From the NCBI GenBank assembly GCA_963725865.1, contig CAVSAC010000014.1, positions 320,001 through 384,000 on the forward strand: a DNA stretch of 64,000 bases. Direction: 5' to 3'. Below, piece after piece: positions 47,973 to 58,421 of the stretch. Below the pieces are notes generated by a model, which was not told where the DNA came from, did no database searches, and was given only the letters and a program-made list of their open reading frames with translations. Positions within the stretch are counted from its first letter, which is position 1. Each line of letters opens with the position of its first letter. The stretch is from Candidatus Eiseniibacteriota bacterium. Lineage in GTDB: Bacteria > Eisenbacteria > RBG-16-71-46. The position numbers and the translations under genes were made by a program.

Positions 47973-48473
47973 TCAGCCCTCGCGGCGCGTCTGGTCGGCC
48001 AGCCGCAGGCCCTCGAGGATCAGGCGGTCCAGCTCGACGTCGAGCTGGACGTCCTCGCCGTGCGGGCGCTCGCCGGGCTGGTACACGAAGCGGCCGTCGC
48101 GCCACAGCAGCATGCCGTACAGGATGCGGCGCACCACCTCACCCACCGCGCGCTGGACCTGCTCGGGCGTGGCGGCGCCGGCGTTGACCAGCATCGTGCC
48201 CAGCCGCTCGCCGGGCGAGTCCTTCTGCACCGCGAGCGCCAACTCGAGCGCCTCGGGCGTGACCTCGCCGCGGTGCACGAGGATCTGCCCGACCCGCACC
48301 GACTGGCCGCTGGTGCGCGCGAACACCGGGCGGCCGCGCTCGAAGTAGAGCTCCGCGGTCTCGCTGGCGCGCGTGAACAGGATGCGGCCGGTGGCCTGCG
48401 CGAGGTGCAGCATCTGCAGGACCTCGCTGGGAAGGAAGTGCCGCAGGTCGCCTTCGAGCGCGGCATCGCTCAT
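47973..48473 (-). CDS. DUF4388 (PATAN-like) protein
   Basis: LEGDL....SEVLQML....TG.I......ELYFERG; RLGTMLV; W.DG.F; LILEG.R..D. Confidence 0.8.
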   Translation of the reverse strand: MSDAALEGDLRHFLPSEVLQMLHLAQATGRILFTRASETAELYFERGRPVFARTSGQSVRVGQILVHRGEVTPEALELALAVQKDSPGERLGTMLVNAGAATPEQVQRAVGEVVRRILYGMLLWRDGRFVYQPGERPHGEDVQLDVELDRLILEGLRLADQTRREG

Positions 48474-49384
48474 TTCGCCCCCCAGCGCACGTCACCCACC
48501 ACGCGCCCCGGCGCCTGTGCGGTGCCGCGCATGACGCGCAGGTTGTACCAGCCGAGCGCCAGGCCCTGGACGATGGTCGCCGCGAGCAGCACGCCGAGGG
48601 CGATCTCGGTCAGCCCCAGCAGGCGCTCGGCGAGCGGGCCGCGCAGGACGTGGAGCAGCGTGAGCAGCGCGACGAACGCGCCGATGAACACGCCGGTGAG
48701 CCGCCCGAACAGCGTCGGGTGGATGCGCACCGGGCCGACGAACAGATAGAGGTACGCACCACCCACCAGCAGCCCGACGTAGCGCACGGCGGCCACCACG
48801 AACACCCACTCGGGCAGCAGGCGCGCGGTGTAGAGCCCGGCGATCATCGAGAGGTTGAACACGATGTCCACGATCGGGTCCATCACGGTCCCGAGCCGCG
48901 TGACCTGCCCGAAGCGGCGGGCCACCCAGCCGTCGGCCACGTCCGAGAGCGCGGCCACCACGTAGGTGCCGAGCGCGAGCGCGAACCGCCGCTCGGCGAG
49001 GCACAGCACGATCGCGGGGATCAGGCAGAGGCGCAGCAGCGTGAGCACGGTCGGCACGTTGAGCGCCGAGAGCCGGAAGCCCTCGCGGTCGCGCAGCAGC
49101 CCGAGGTGCGCGGTGACCAGCCCGAACGCGACCGCGATCGCGATGCTGGAGCCCACCAGCAGGTCGATGGCGAGCGGCCGCTGCCCGCGCAGCGCGAGCG
49201 TGGCCGCGCCGATGAACGCGCAGACGAAGAACAGCAGCGCGACGCTCCAGATCGAGCGCACCCCGCCGGGGTTGGCGTCGATCTCCTCGCGCATGAGCGC
49301 CAGCGTCCGGCGCAGGTAGGTCGCGATCGCGGGCGGGGTGAAGCGTTCGCGCCGGAGTTCCTGCAGGTACTCCTCGATGAACAC
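48470..49384 (-). CDS. CDP-alcohol phosphatidyltransferase family protein
   Basis: NVPTVLTLLR, SDVADGWVARR.GQVT.LG..MDPIVD. Confidence 0.85.
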   Translation of the reverse strand: MFIEEYLQELRRERFTPPAIATYLRRTLALMREEIDANPGGVRSIWSVALLFFVCAFIGAATLALRGQRPLAIDLLVGSSIAIAVAFGLVTAHLGLLRDREGFRLSALNVPTVLTLLRLCLIPAIVLCLAERRFALALGTYVVAALSDVADGWVARRFGQVTRLGTVMDPIVDIVFNLSMIAGLYTARLLPEWVFVVAAVRYVGLLVGGAYLYLFVGPVRIHPTLFGRLTGVFIGAFVALLTLLHVLRGPLAERLLGLTEIALGVLLAATIVQGLALGWYNLRVMRGTAQAPGRVVGDVRWGAK

Positions 49385-49566
49385 ACGGCCTCCACAGGGG
49401 ACGGGGCTGCGCGGCAGGATAGCGATGCGTGCCCCGAGGGGCAATGGCAGGTGCTCGGACTGGACAGGAGCGCGCGCGGCCCGCATCATCGCCGCCCGAG
49501 CCGAACAGGTCGCGCCGGATCCGGACCGGCCGCCCGCCTGCCGACCTCCTTCCGGTCGCCCGTCCC

Positions 49567-51771
49567 ATGCCTGCAGCCCCGCGGCGCTCCGCGCTCCCAT
49601 CCGTGCCCTCGCCCGGTCGATCCGCCTGCTGCCGGGGGCGCTGCTGCCTGCGCGCTGCCGCGCTGCTCGCGGCCGTGGCCGCGGCGCTCGGGCTCGCCTC
49701 ATGCGGGCCGTTCCTGCCGCCGCGCGGGGCCACGTTCGACCCCGACACCATCCCCGAGGCGCACGCGCTGGCGACCGGTGCGCTGATGTGGCCGGGGGCG
49801 GCGCGCGCGTTCCTGGTCACGCCGGCCGGCGATCTCTACAACGGCGAGTGGGGCGTGCGGCTGCTGCCGGTCGCCGACGACGTGCCGGCCGGCGCGCCGC
49901 GCGCGATCGCGGCCGAGGAGCGCTGGATGCCGGTGCTGCGCTGGAACCGCGCGGCGGGCCGCGTGCGGTTCGAGTTCGAGGCGACGGCCTCGCCGCAGCC
50001 GGCGCCACGCGACAGCGGCCTGCTGGTCTCGCTCGTGATGCGCGCGGTCAACACCGGCTCGCAGCCGTCGCACGTGCGCCTGAGCGCGCTGCTCGATCCG
50101 CGCGGCGCCGGCTGGGCGGCTCCGGCGGCGGCGATGCCCGAGCCGGGCCGCGATGCGGTGCGGCGGCCGTTCGTGGCGCCCGACGCTCCCGAGAGCCTGA
50201 CGGCCGGTCTGGCGTGGGCGGGCGCCGACGCCGGGCGCGCGGCGCACGGCTGGTGCGCCGGGGGCGGCGCGGGCCCGCGCGCCGCCATCGACTGGACCCT
50301 TGCGCCGGGCGAATCGCGCAGCCTTCGGTTCCTGCTGCCGGCGTATCCCGAGGCGGCAGGCACGCTCGCCCAGTGGGCGCGCCAGCCGCACGCCGCGCGC
50401 ACCGCCGCGGCGCGGCGCTTCTGGAGCGGCGAGCTGGAGCGGGGCACCCGGTTCGAGCTCGGCGATCCCGAGACCGAGAACGCGCTGCGGGCCGCCGAGG
50501 TGGTGCTGCTCGCGTGCGTGGAGCGGCGCGGCGATCTCTGGGTGCCGATCGGTAATCCGTTCCAGTACCGCGACGTGTGGATCCGCGACGGCGCGCGCGC
50601 GATCCGCGCGCTGGCGGTGAGCGGGCACGTGAAGGACGCGCGCTCGCGGGTCGACGGACTGCTCGCGTTCCAGTGGCCGACCGGGGCGTTCCTGAGCCAG
50701 CGCGGCCAGCTCGACGGCACCGGCCAGGTGCTGTGGGCGCTCGACCAATCGCTGCTGCGCACCGACGTGGACGCCGATCGCGTCCACCAGGCCGCCGATG
50801 CGGCCGCGGCCGCGGTGCACTGGATCGAGACCCAGCGCACGGTCGGCGCGCGCTCGGGCTGGGAGTTCGGCGCGCTGCTGCCGTTCGCGGAGCCGCGCGA
50901 CGCCGAGCTGGTGCGCGCGCAGCTGGTGGGCAGCGACGCGTGGGCGATCGCCGGCGAGCGCGCGGCCGAGCGCCTGCTGCGCGCCGCCGCGCGCCCGGTC
51001 GAGGCCGATAGCGTGGCGGCGATGCGCGCGCGCTATCGCGCCGACTTCGCGCGGGCGCTGGCGCGGACCGGCAGCCCGGACGTGCCGCCGTCGTGGCAGG
51101 GCATCGGCCGCGACTGGGGCAACCTCGCGGCCGCGGTGCCGTGCGAGGCGCTGCCGCTCGACGATCCGCGCATGGCCGCGCTCGCGCGGCGCGTGTGGGC
51201 GGGCGCCGGCGGCGCGGGGCTCGGCTGGTACGGCACGCCCGACACGCTGCACACCTACCTCGCGGTCGACCTCGCGACCTGGGCGGCGCTGAGCGGGCGG
51301 CCGGCGCAGGCCGAGAGCGTGCTGGTCGCGATGCTCCACTGGCGCACCGCGAGCGGCGGTGCGGGCGAGATGGTGGTGCGCGCGAGTCGCGACTTCGGCG
51401 ACAACCTGCCGCCGCACACCACCGCCGCCGCCGCGCTGGTGTCGCTGGTGCGCGACCTGCTCGTGTACGACGAGGGCGACACGCTGATCCTGACCGCGGG
51501 TGCCCGCCCGGCGTGGTGGCGCGGCGCCGCGGTGCGGGCCGCGCCGACGCGGTTCGGGAACCTCGACCTTGCGTTCTCGCGCCACGCGGACACCGCCGAG
51601 TGGCGCTGGACGCCGCTCCCGACCTGGGTGGCGCTCACGCTGCCGCCGGGCACGCGGCTCGCGGGCCCGCCGCCCGCGCCGCTGCGCGCGAGCGCGCGCG
51701 CCGACGTGGTGCTCGCTCCGCCCGGGACCGCCGAGGCGCGCGTGAGCCTGGCCGCCGCGGAGGCGCGATGA
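49567..51771 (+). CDS. Putative lipoprotein with six-hairpin (alpha/alpha) glycosidase-like domain
   Basis: LGLASC lipobox; YRDVWIRDGA; GQLDGTGQ.LW; PHTTAAA; APTRFG; start uncertain. Confidence 0.55.
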   Translation: MPAAPRRSALPSVPSPGRSACCRGRCCLRAAALLAAVAAALGLASCGPFLPPRGATFDPDTIPEAHALATGALMWPGAARAFLVTPAGDLYNGEWGVRLLPVADDVPAGAPRAIAAEERWMPVLRWNRAAGRVRFEFEATASPQPAPRDSGLLVSLVMRAVNTGSQPSHVRLSALLDPRGAGWAAPAAAMPEPGRDAVRRPFVAPDAPESLTAGLAWAGADAGRAAHGWCAGGGAGPRAAIDWTLAPGESRSLRFLLPAYPEAAGTLAQWARQPHAARTAAARRFWSGELERGTRFELGDPETENALRAAEVVLLACVERRGDLWVPIGNPFQYRDVWIRDGARAIRALAVSGHVKDARSRVDGLLAFQWPTGAFLSQRGQLDGTGQVLWALDQSLLRTDVDADRVHQAADAAAAAVHWIETQRTVGARSGWEFGALLPFAEPRDAELVRAQLVGSDAWAIAGERAAERLLRAAARPVEADSVAAMRARYRADFARALARTGSPDVPPSWQGIGRDWGNLAAAVPCEALPLDDPRMAALARRVWAGAGGAGLGWYGTPDTLHTYLAVDLATWAALSGRPAQAESVLVAMLHWRTASGGAGEMVVRASRDFGDNLPPHTTAAAALVSLVRDLLVYDEGDTLILTAGARPAWWRGAAVRAAPTRFGNLDLAFSRHADTAEWRWTPLPTWVALTLPPGTRLAGPPPAPLRASARADVVLAPPGTAEARVSLAAAEAR

Positions 51772-52541
51772 GCGCGCGCGAGCGACGGACACGGCGCGGC
51801 GCCGCGCCCAAGGGAGCGCCCGCCGGCGGCCGGCCCGTGGCGGGTGCGGGCTCGAGCGCCCCGCGCGCGACGCGCGACGCGGCGGGCGCCGGCGGCCCGG
51901 CGCCCCGCACGTCTTCGCGGAGGCTCGGCCGCCCGTGGATGATGGCGGCCATCGCGCTGGTGGCGCTGACCGCGGTGGTGCTGCTCGTGCGGCGGCCGTT
52001 CGCGCCGCGCCGCGCGGCGAGCGCCGCGTCCGCGCTCTCGCCCGCCGCGCGACTCGACGCGCAGGGCGCCTACCTCGAGGGCGCGCGGCTCTACGAGGCG
52101 AAGCGAAACCTCGAGGCGTTGCCGTACTTCCGGCGCGTGGGCGCGCTGCTGCCGCAGCCGACGCGGCAATACCACCTGTTGATGACCGACGTGCTGGAGC
52201 ACGCGGCGCTGCAGCCGCGATGGGACGCGCCGCAGTCGGCCACGCGCTCGAGCGTCGAGCGGGTGGCGATGCTGCACGAGGCGCTGGCGCACCTGGACGT
52301 CGCCGAGCGGCTGTCGCGCACGCCGCGCGAGATCGCCGAGGTGCGGGCGTGGCGCGCGAACCTGCTCCGCGTGTGGGGATTTCCGTGGGAAGCGCTGGCG
52401 TCGCTGCGCGCCGCCGTGGCGGCCGACTCGTCGTGGACGGTGGTCGCGGGCTCGGCGGACCTGTTCACGTTCCGCGTGCACCACCCCGATCGGTCGATCC
52501 CCGGCATCGACACCGACGCTATCCTCCGAGACGCACCCTGA
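51768..52541 (+). CDS. Hypothetical membrane-anchored helical (TPR-like) protein
   Basis: ATGA-coupled to upstream gene; single TM; helical repeats. Confidence 0.5.
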   Translation: MSARERRTRRGAAPKGAPAGGRPVAGAGSSAPRATRDAAGAGGPAPRTSSRRLGRPWMMAAIALVALTAVVLLVRRPFAPRRAASAASALSPAARLDAQGAYLEGARLYEAKRNLEALPYFRRVGALLPQPTRQYHLLMTDVLEHAALQPRWDAPQSATRSSVERVAMLHEALAHLDVAERLSRTPREIAEVRAWRANLLRVWGFPWEALASLRAAVAADSSWTVVAGSADLFTFRVHHPDRSIPGIDTDAILRDAP

Positions 52542-53223
52542 GCAGCGTCGCGAGGATCTTCCAGCCCGCGGCGACCGAGCCGCGCACCGTGCCCGCGATC
52601 TTCGAGGCGCCCGCGCGGCGCCGGCGGTAGCGCACCGGCACCTCGACGCAGGCGAGGCGCGCGCGCACCGCGCGGGTCTGCATCTCGACCGTCCAGCCGA
52701 AGTCGCGATCGCGCATGCCGAGGCGCTCGAGCGCGTCCCAGCGAATCGCGCGGAAGGGCCCCAGGTCGGTGAAGCGCGCGCCGAACAACGGCCCCATCAG
52801 CGCCGCCGCGAACCGGCTGCCGAACGCCTGCACCGGCGTGAGCGAGCCGGGCTCGCGCTCGCCGAGCACGCGCGAGCCGATCACGAGGTCCGCCGCACCG
52901 GCGACGATCGGAGCGAGCAGCTCGCCGAGCTGCGACGCGTCGTCGCTGCCGTCGGCGTCGAGGAACGCGACCACCGCGGGCGGATCGCGGCGCAGGTGGG
53001 CGAGCGCCGCGAGGCACGCGGCGCCGTAACCGCGGCGCGGCTCGCGCACGACCGTGGCGCCCGCCGCGCGCGCCACCTCGGCGGTGCGGTCGCGGGAGCC
53101 GTTGTCGGCCACCACCACCGCGCGCACGAGCCAGCCGGCGCCCGCGCGCGGGATCGAGGCCAGCACGGCGGGGAGCGGGGCCTCCTCGTCGAGGGCGGGC
53201 AGCACGATTGCGACGTCGAGCAT
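52519..53223 (-). CDS. Glycosyltransferase family 2
   Basis: IVLPALDEE, VADNGSRDRT, GYGAAC, FLDADGSD, TDLGPFRAIR. Confidence 0.9.
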   Translation of the reverse strand: MLDVAIVLPALDEEAPLPAVLASIPRAGAGWLVRAVVVADNGSRDRTAEVARAAGATVVREPRRGYGAACLAALAHLRRDPPAVVAFLDADGSDDASQLGELLAPIVAGAADLVIGSRVLGEREPGSLTPVQAFGSRFAAALMGPLFGARFTDLGPFRAIRWDALERLGMRDRDFGWTVEMQTRAVRARLACVEVPVRYRRRRAGASKIAGTVRGSVAAGWKILATLLRVRLGG

Positions 53224-53339
53224 CGGGGTCACGCGGGATGGGCTCCGGTCGAAGGCGATAGGCGGCCCGCCGCCGGGGCCGGGTCGCCGAAAACGCGAAG
53301 GGGCCGGAGCGCGCGCTCCGGCCCCTCGCCGTGCTGGGA

Positions 53340-56228
53340 CTACCGCTGGTCGCTGCCGCTGGCCTTGCCGCGCACCACCGCCTGGGCGGCGGCGAGACGG
53401 GCGATCGGCACGCGGAACGGCGAGCACGAGACGTAGTTCAGGTTCGCGTGGTGGCAGAACTCCACGCTCGCCGGATCGCCGCCGTGCTCTCCGCAGATGC
53501 CGACCTTGAGGTCCTTGCGGGTGCTGCGACCGCGCTCGACCGACATCTTCACCAGCGCGCCCACGCCGTCCGGATCGATCGACACGAACGGGTCGATCGG
53601 CAGGATCTTGCGCGCGACGTACTCGGGCAGGAACTTGCCCGCGTCGTCGCGCGAGTAGCCGAACGTCAGCTGCGTGAGGTCGTTGGTGCCGAACGAGAAG
53701 AACTGCGCCTCCTCGGCGACCTTGTCCGACGTCACCGCCGCGCGCGGCACCTCGATCATCGTGCCGACCAGGTATTCGACCTTCTGGCCGCGCTTCTCCA
53801 TCACCTCGTCCGCCACGCGGCGGACGAGTGCGGCCTGGTCCTTGAGCTCGTTGACATGGCCGATCAGCGGGATCATGACCTCGGGGATCACCTTCTTGCC
53901 CTTGGCCGCGACGTCGCAGGCCGCCTCGAAGATGGCGCGCGCCTGCATCTCGGTGACCTCGGGGTAGGTGATGCCGAGGCGGCAGCCACGGTGGCCGAGC
54001 ATCGGGTTGAACTCGTGCAGGTCCTCGACCCGGTGCAGCAGCTCGGGCATGCCCTTCTTGAGCTGCGCGACCGTCATCCGGTAGCGCTTCGCCATGTCCT
54101 TCTTCTGCGCGGCCGTCGCGCGCGGCAGGCGCACGATGTCGACCATCAACTCCTCGCGCTTGGGCAGGAACTCGTGGAGCGGCGGATCGAGCGTGCGGAT
54201 GGTGACCGGATAGCCATCCATCGCCTCGAACAGCCCCTTGAAGTCCGAGCGCTGCAGCGGCAGGAGCTTCGCGAGCGCCTGCTTGTAGAGCTTCTCGGGC
54301 GCCGCGAGCTGCTTCTTGACCGCGGCGATCTCGGGCGCGAGTTTGCGGATCACCGACTTGTCGGCGCCGTCGGCCTCGTTCTGCAGCGCGGCCAGTTTCT
54401 CGCGCAGCAGCTTGGTCTGGGGGGCGGCCATGATCATCTGCACCACCCACGGCAGCCGGTCCTCGGCGAAGAACATGTGCTCGGTGCGGCACAGCCCGAT
54501 GCCCTCGGCGCCGAACGCGCGGGCCTGCTTGGCGTCGCGCGGGATGTCGGCGTTCGAGCGCACCTTCAGCCGGCGCACCTCGTCCGCCCAGCCCATGTAG
54601 GTGCCGAACTCGCCGCTCACCTCGGCGGGCAGCGTGGGCGCCTGGCCCACGTACACCTTGCCGGTCGAACCGTCGAGCGAGATCCACTCGCCCTGCTTCA
54701 CCGTGCGGCCGTCGACCGTCATGCGACCGGCCTTGTCGTCGACGCGCACCGCGCCCGCGCCGGAGACGCACGGCTTGCCCATGCCGCGCGCGACCACCGC
54801 CGCGTGCGAGGTCATGCCGCCGGTCGCCGTCAGGATGCCTTGTGCCGCGTCCATGCCGTGGATGTCGTCGGGCGTGGTCTCCTTGCGCACCAGGACGACC
54901 TTCTTCTTCGCGTGCCCCCACTCCGCCGCGGTGTCGGCATCGAATACCGCCATGCCGACCGCGGCACCCGGCGAGGCCGCGAGGCCCTGCGTGAGCTGCG
55001 GGAGCTTGTGCTTGGGATCGAGGCGCGGGTGCAGCAGCTGGTCGAGCGACACCGGCTCGACCCGCAGCAGCGCCTCCTCCTTGCTGATCAGGCCCTCGTT
55101 CACCATCTCGACCGCGATGCGCACGGCCGCCTGCGCGGTGCGCTTCCCGGTGCGAGTCTGGAGCAGGTAGAGCTTCTTGTCCTGGATCGTGAACTCGAAG
55201 TCCTGGATGTCGCGATAGTGCTTCTCGAGCCGCTTGGTGATCTCGTGCAGCTGCCGGAACGCTTCCGGCAGCTCGTTCTCGAGGTCGGCGATCGGGTGCG
55301 GGGTGCGCACGCCGGCGACGACGTCCTCGCCCTGCGCGTTGACGAGGTACTCGCCGTAGAAGTGGTTCTCGCCGGTGGCGGGGTTGCGCGTGAATCCGAC
55401 GCCGGTCGCGGACGTGTCGCCGAGGTTGCCGAACACCATCGCCTGCACGTTGACCGCGGTGCCGAGGTCGTCGGGGATGCGATTCTGGCGGCGGTAGTAG
55501 ATCGCGCGGTCGTTCATCCACGACCGGAACACGGCGTCGCGTGCCATGCCGAGCTGCTCGTACGGATCCTGCGGGAACTCGCGCCCGGTGCGCTTCTTCA
55601 CCAGCGCCTTGAACTCCTTCACGAGCCCCTGCAGGTCGCCGGCCGAGAGGTCCTGGTCGGTCTTGGCCTTCTTCGACTTCTTGAAGTGCTCGAGGTGTTC
55701 CTCGAAGTCGCTCTTCTCGAGGCCCAGCACCACCGATCCGAACATCTGCAGGAAGCGGCGGTAGCAGTCCCACGCGAAGCGCGGGTTCTGCGTGCGCTCG
55801 GCCAGGCCGAGCACCGAGCGGTCGTTGAGTCCGAGGTTGAGGATGGTGTCCATCATGCCGGGCATCGAGAACTTCGCGCCCGAGCGCACCGACACCAGCA
55901 GCGGATCGCCCGGATCGCCGAGCCGCTTCGCCATCCGCGTCTCGAGCACCTCGAGCGCGCGCTTCTGCTCCGCCTCGAAGCCCTCCGGCAGGCGGCGGCC
56001 CTGCGCGTAGTACGCGCGGCACACCGCGGTCGTGATGGTGAAGCCGGGAGGCACCGGCACTCCGGCGTTCGTCATCTCGGCGAGCCCGGCGCCCTTGCCG
56101 CCGAGCAGGTCGCGCATCTGCGCGCCGCCCTCGGCGCGGCCCTCACCGAACGCATAGACGTACTGCTCGTGCGCCTGCGCCGTCGAACCGCTCGGGTCCG
56201 ATGTGCTGGCGGTCTCCGTCGTGGTCAC
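53340..56228 (-). CDS. ppdK: Pyruvate, phosphate dikinase
   Basis: LLGGKGAGLAEM, LLVSVRSGA, GGMTSHAAVVARG, GIGLCRTEHMF, SFGTNDLTQ, GICGEHGG. Confidence 0.98.
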   Translation of the reverse strand: MTTTETASTSDPSGSTAQAHEQYVYAFGEGRAEGGAQMRDLLGGKGAGLAEMTNAGVPVPPGFTITTAVCRAYYAQGRRLPEGFEAEQKRALEVLETRMAKRLGDPGDPLLVSVRSGAKFSMPGMMDTILNLGLNDRSVLGLAERTQNPRFAWDCYRRFLQMFGSVVLGLEKSDFEEHLEHFKKSKKAKTDQDLSAGDLQGLVKEFKALVKKRTGREFPQDPYEQLGMARDAVFRSWMNDRAIYYRRQNRIPDDLGTAVNVQAMVFGNLGDTSATGVGFTRNPATGENHFYGEYLVNAQGEDVVAGVRTPHPIADLENELPEAFRQLHEITKRLEKHYRDIQDFEFTIQDKKLYLLQTRTGKRTAQAAVRIAVEMVNEGLISKEEALLRVEPVSLDQLLHPRLDPKHKLPQLTQGLAASPGAAVGMAVFDADTAAEWGHAKKKVVLVRKETTPDDIHGMDAAQGILTATGGMTSHAAVVARGMGKPCVSGAGAVRVDDKAGRMTVDGRTVKQGEWISLDGSTGKVYVGQAPTLPAEVSGEFGTYMGWADEVRRLKVRSNADIPRDAKQARAFGAEGIGLCRTEHMFFAEDRLPWVVQMIMAAPQTKLLREKLAALQNEADGADKSVIRKLAPEIAAVKKQLAAPEKLYKQALAKLLPLQRSDFKGLFEAMDGYPVTIRTLDPPLHEFLPKREELMVDIVRLPRATAAQKKDMAKRYRMTVAQLKKGMPELLHRVEDLHEFNPMLGHRGCRLGITYPEVTEMQARAIFEAACDVAAKGKKVIPEVMIPLIGHVNELKDQAALVRRVADEVMEKRGQKVEYLVGTMIEVPRAAVTSDKVAEEAQFFSFGTNDLTQLTFGYSRDDAGKFLPEYVARKILPIDPFVSIDPDGVGALVKMSVERGRSTRKDLKVGICGEHGGDPASVEFCHHANLNYVSCSPFRVPIARLAAAQAVVRGKASGSDQR

Positions 56229-56306
56229 GGGTCCCTCCTATGGTCGACCGGCTGCGGCTAGCCGGAGCGCATCACGATGCGCGGCCCGGGTCCACCAGCT
56301 TCCGGA

Positions 56307-58421
56307 TCAGTGTTCGGGCATCGGGCGCACGAACGTGGCGTCCGAAACTCCCTGGTTCAAGCGGACGGACTTTACATCGAGGCGCATGATGTTGTCGCCC
56401 GGACTGCGGCGCTCCTCCTTGAACGGCCAGATCACCCCGTCGGCCTCCTTGAAGTCCGCATAGATGCGCCGGGTCAGCACTTCCGCCCAGGAATCAGCGG
56501 AGGAATACTGATCCAGCTGGAGCAGTCGCCCGGTGGACTTGTCGAAGTGGTAACGCCGGCGCTCGCCGGCGGCCGTGATGACCTCGACGTCGTCCGTCTC
56601 CGTGGTGCCGACCGCGCCGGTGCCGCGCGCGATCACGGTGGCGGCCGAGTCGGCCGCGACCAGCAGCACGTGGGCGGGATCGCCTTCGAACGAGGCGCGC
56701 ATCCCGCGCACGGCGAGGCTGTCCATCGGCATGCCCACGCTGTCGACATCGGCCTGCGACCAGCCGATGGTGCCGTTGAGCACCTGCTTGGTGGTGAGGC
56801 CGAGGAAGCGGGTCTGAGTGAGCAGCTTGTAGGCCTCCTTGCGGACGCTCGTGACCTGGCCGAGCAGGTCGCGCCCGTTCAGCGTCAGCGTCATGTCGGA
56901 GATCACCTCGGAATCGCGGATCCCGCGCAGACGCTCGAGGCCGCCGTGTGCCGCGATGGCACGCGCCACCGCGGCGCGGCCCTGGGCGACCCGCTCGGGA
57001 GTCGCGGTGGCGAGGGTGTCGTTGTTCGCCGACAGCGGGACGATGGCGTCCAGCGAGAGGTCCTCGACCGTTCCGAGCGCCTCGAGCTGTGGGCGCACGC
57101 GATCCGCGGGACCCGCCACGACGATCAGCGCGTGCTCGGGATCGAACCACCGGCGGGTCGCGGCCGCGACCGCGTCCGCGGTCACCCCCGCGAGCAGCGC
57201 GGGCGTGCGCGCGACGTCCTCCGCCGAGCGGCCGTCCAGCGCCGCCGACTGCCACTGCGACAGTGCGCCACTCAGCGTCTCGAACGCGAGCGGGAACGAG
57301 TTCACGAACGCGCGGCGCAGCGGTGCCAGCTCGGCCTCGGCCGGCGGCGTCTTCACGTACCCGCGCAGCTCCGCGCGCAGCTGCTTCACGGCGCTCGCCA
57401 CCGAGTCGGGTGGTACCGCGACGCCGATCGTGATCAGGCCGCCGTCGCGCAGCTGGCTGAGCCCGCCGCGCGGCGCCGCGCCCGCAACGCCGTTGCGGCG
57501 CGACGCGAGGCGGGAGTCACCGCCGCCGACCAGCGCGCTGGTCGCGAGCGCGACCGCCTCGTCGCCGGCGCGCCGGCTGGGTGCGATCAGCGCGAGCCGC
57601 ACCTCGGCCCAACCCATGCCGGGCAGGTCCTGCAATGCGATGCGTGGCCGCGTCGGCACGATCGGCGGGGAGATCGGCGCCGACGCGGCGGAGCGGCCGC
57701 TCCAGCGCGAGAACCAGTCGGCCGCGGCCGCGAACGCGCGTTCGGGCGTGACGTCGCCCCCGATCGCGAGCACGGCATGGTCGGGCCGCCAGACGTCGCG
57801 GTGGTAGGCGCGCAGCGACTCGACGGTGAGTGCCGCGATCGAGCGGCTGGTGCCGAGCACCGGGCGCCCGTACGGATTCCCGGACAGCGCGGCGACCCAG
57901 GTCTGCTCGTCGGCGACGCCGGCGGGATTCCCGCGCGCCTGCAGCTGCATGCGGACGCTCTGCTGGCGCAGGCGCTGGAACTCGCTCTCCGGGAACACCG
58001 GATCGAGCACCGCGTTGCTCATGAGTTCGAGTCCGGCCTCGAGATCGCGCGCGAGGAAAGAGCCGGAGAGCATCGAGAAGTCGCGCGCGGCCTGCGCGCT
58101 CACCGTGCCGCCGAGCCGGTCGATGTCGGCCTGGTACGCATCGGCGGTGCGCGACGTGGTGCCGCGTTTGAGGATCTGGGCGGTCAGGGCGGCGGCCCCC
58201 TCCTGGCCCGCGGGATCCAGCGAGCTGCCCCCCGGCACCAGCAGCTGGATCTGCACGATCGCCAGGCGCGGCTGGGGGACGACCAGGACGCGCAGGCCGT
58301 TCGGCAGCGTGCGCTCGACGGGCTGGGGCGGCGAGAACGGCGCGGCCGATACGGCGGTGGAGAGCGCCAGCAGGCAGGCGCCGGCGGCGAGCGCGAGCGG
58401 ACGGATCGTCGGGGTGCGCAT
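56307..58421 (-). CDS. M16B peptidase-like non-catalytic subunit fused to a LolA-like beta domain
   Basis: LPNGLRV, no HxxEH (ALTAQIL), YGRP..GT, GD; C-terminal IAAHGGLE.L..I...Y.DFKE.DG..WP. Confidence 0.75.
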   Translation of the reverse strand: MRTPTIRPLALAAGACLLALSTAVSAAPFSPPQPVERTLPNGLRVLVVPQPRLAIVQIQLLVPGGSSLDPAGQEGAAALTAQILKRGTTSRTADAYQADIDRLGGTVSAQAARDFSMLSGSFLARDLEAGLELMSNAVLDPVFPESEFQRLRQQSVRMQLQARGNPAGVADEQTWVAALSGNPYGRPVLGTSRSIAALTVESLRAYHRDVWRPDHAVLAIGGDVTPERAFAAAADWFSRWSGRSAASAPISPPIVPTRPRIALQDLPGMGWAEVRLALIAPSRRAGDEAVALATSALVGGGDSRLASRRNGVAGAAPRGGLSQLRDGGLITIGVAVPPDSVASAVKQLRAELRGYVKTPPAEAELAPLRRAFVNSFPLAFETLSGALSQWQSAALDGRSAEDVARTPALLAGVTADAVAAATRRWFDPEHALIVVAGPADRVRPQLEALGTVEDLSLDAIVPLSANNDTLATATPERVAQGRAAVARAIAAHGGLERLRGIRDSEVISDMTLTLNGRDLLGQVTSVRKEAYKLLTQTRFLGLTTKQVLNGTIGWSQADVDSVGMPMDSLAVRGMRASFEGDPAHVLLVAADSAATVIARGTGAVGTTETDDVEVITAAGERRRYHFDKSTGRLLQLDQYSSADSWAEVLTRRIYADFKEADGVIWPFKEERRSPGDNIMRLDVKSVRLNQGVSDATFVRPMPEH

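Noticed and set aside
45141..48749. Very long antisense or alternative-frame ORFs (for example 1202 aa here, 53331-56261, 4647-6920)
   Set aside because: Shadow ORFs expected in stop-poor high-GC DNA, overlapping well-supported genes, with Arg/Ala/Pro-biased composition
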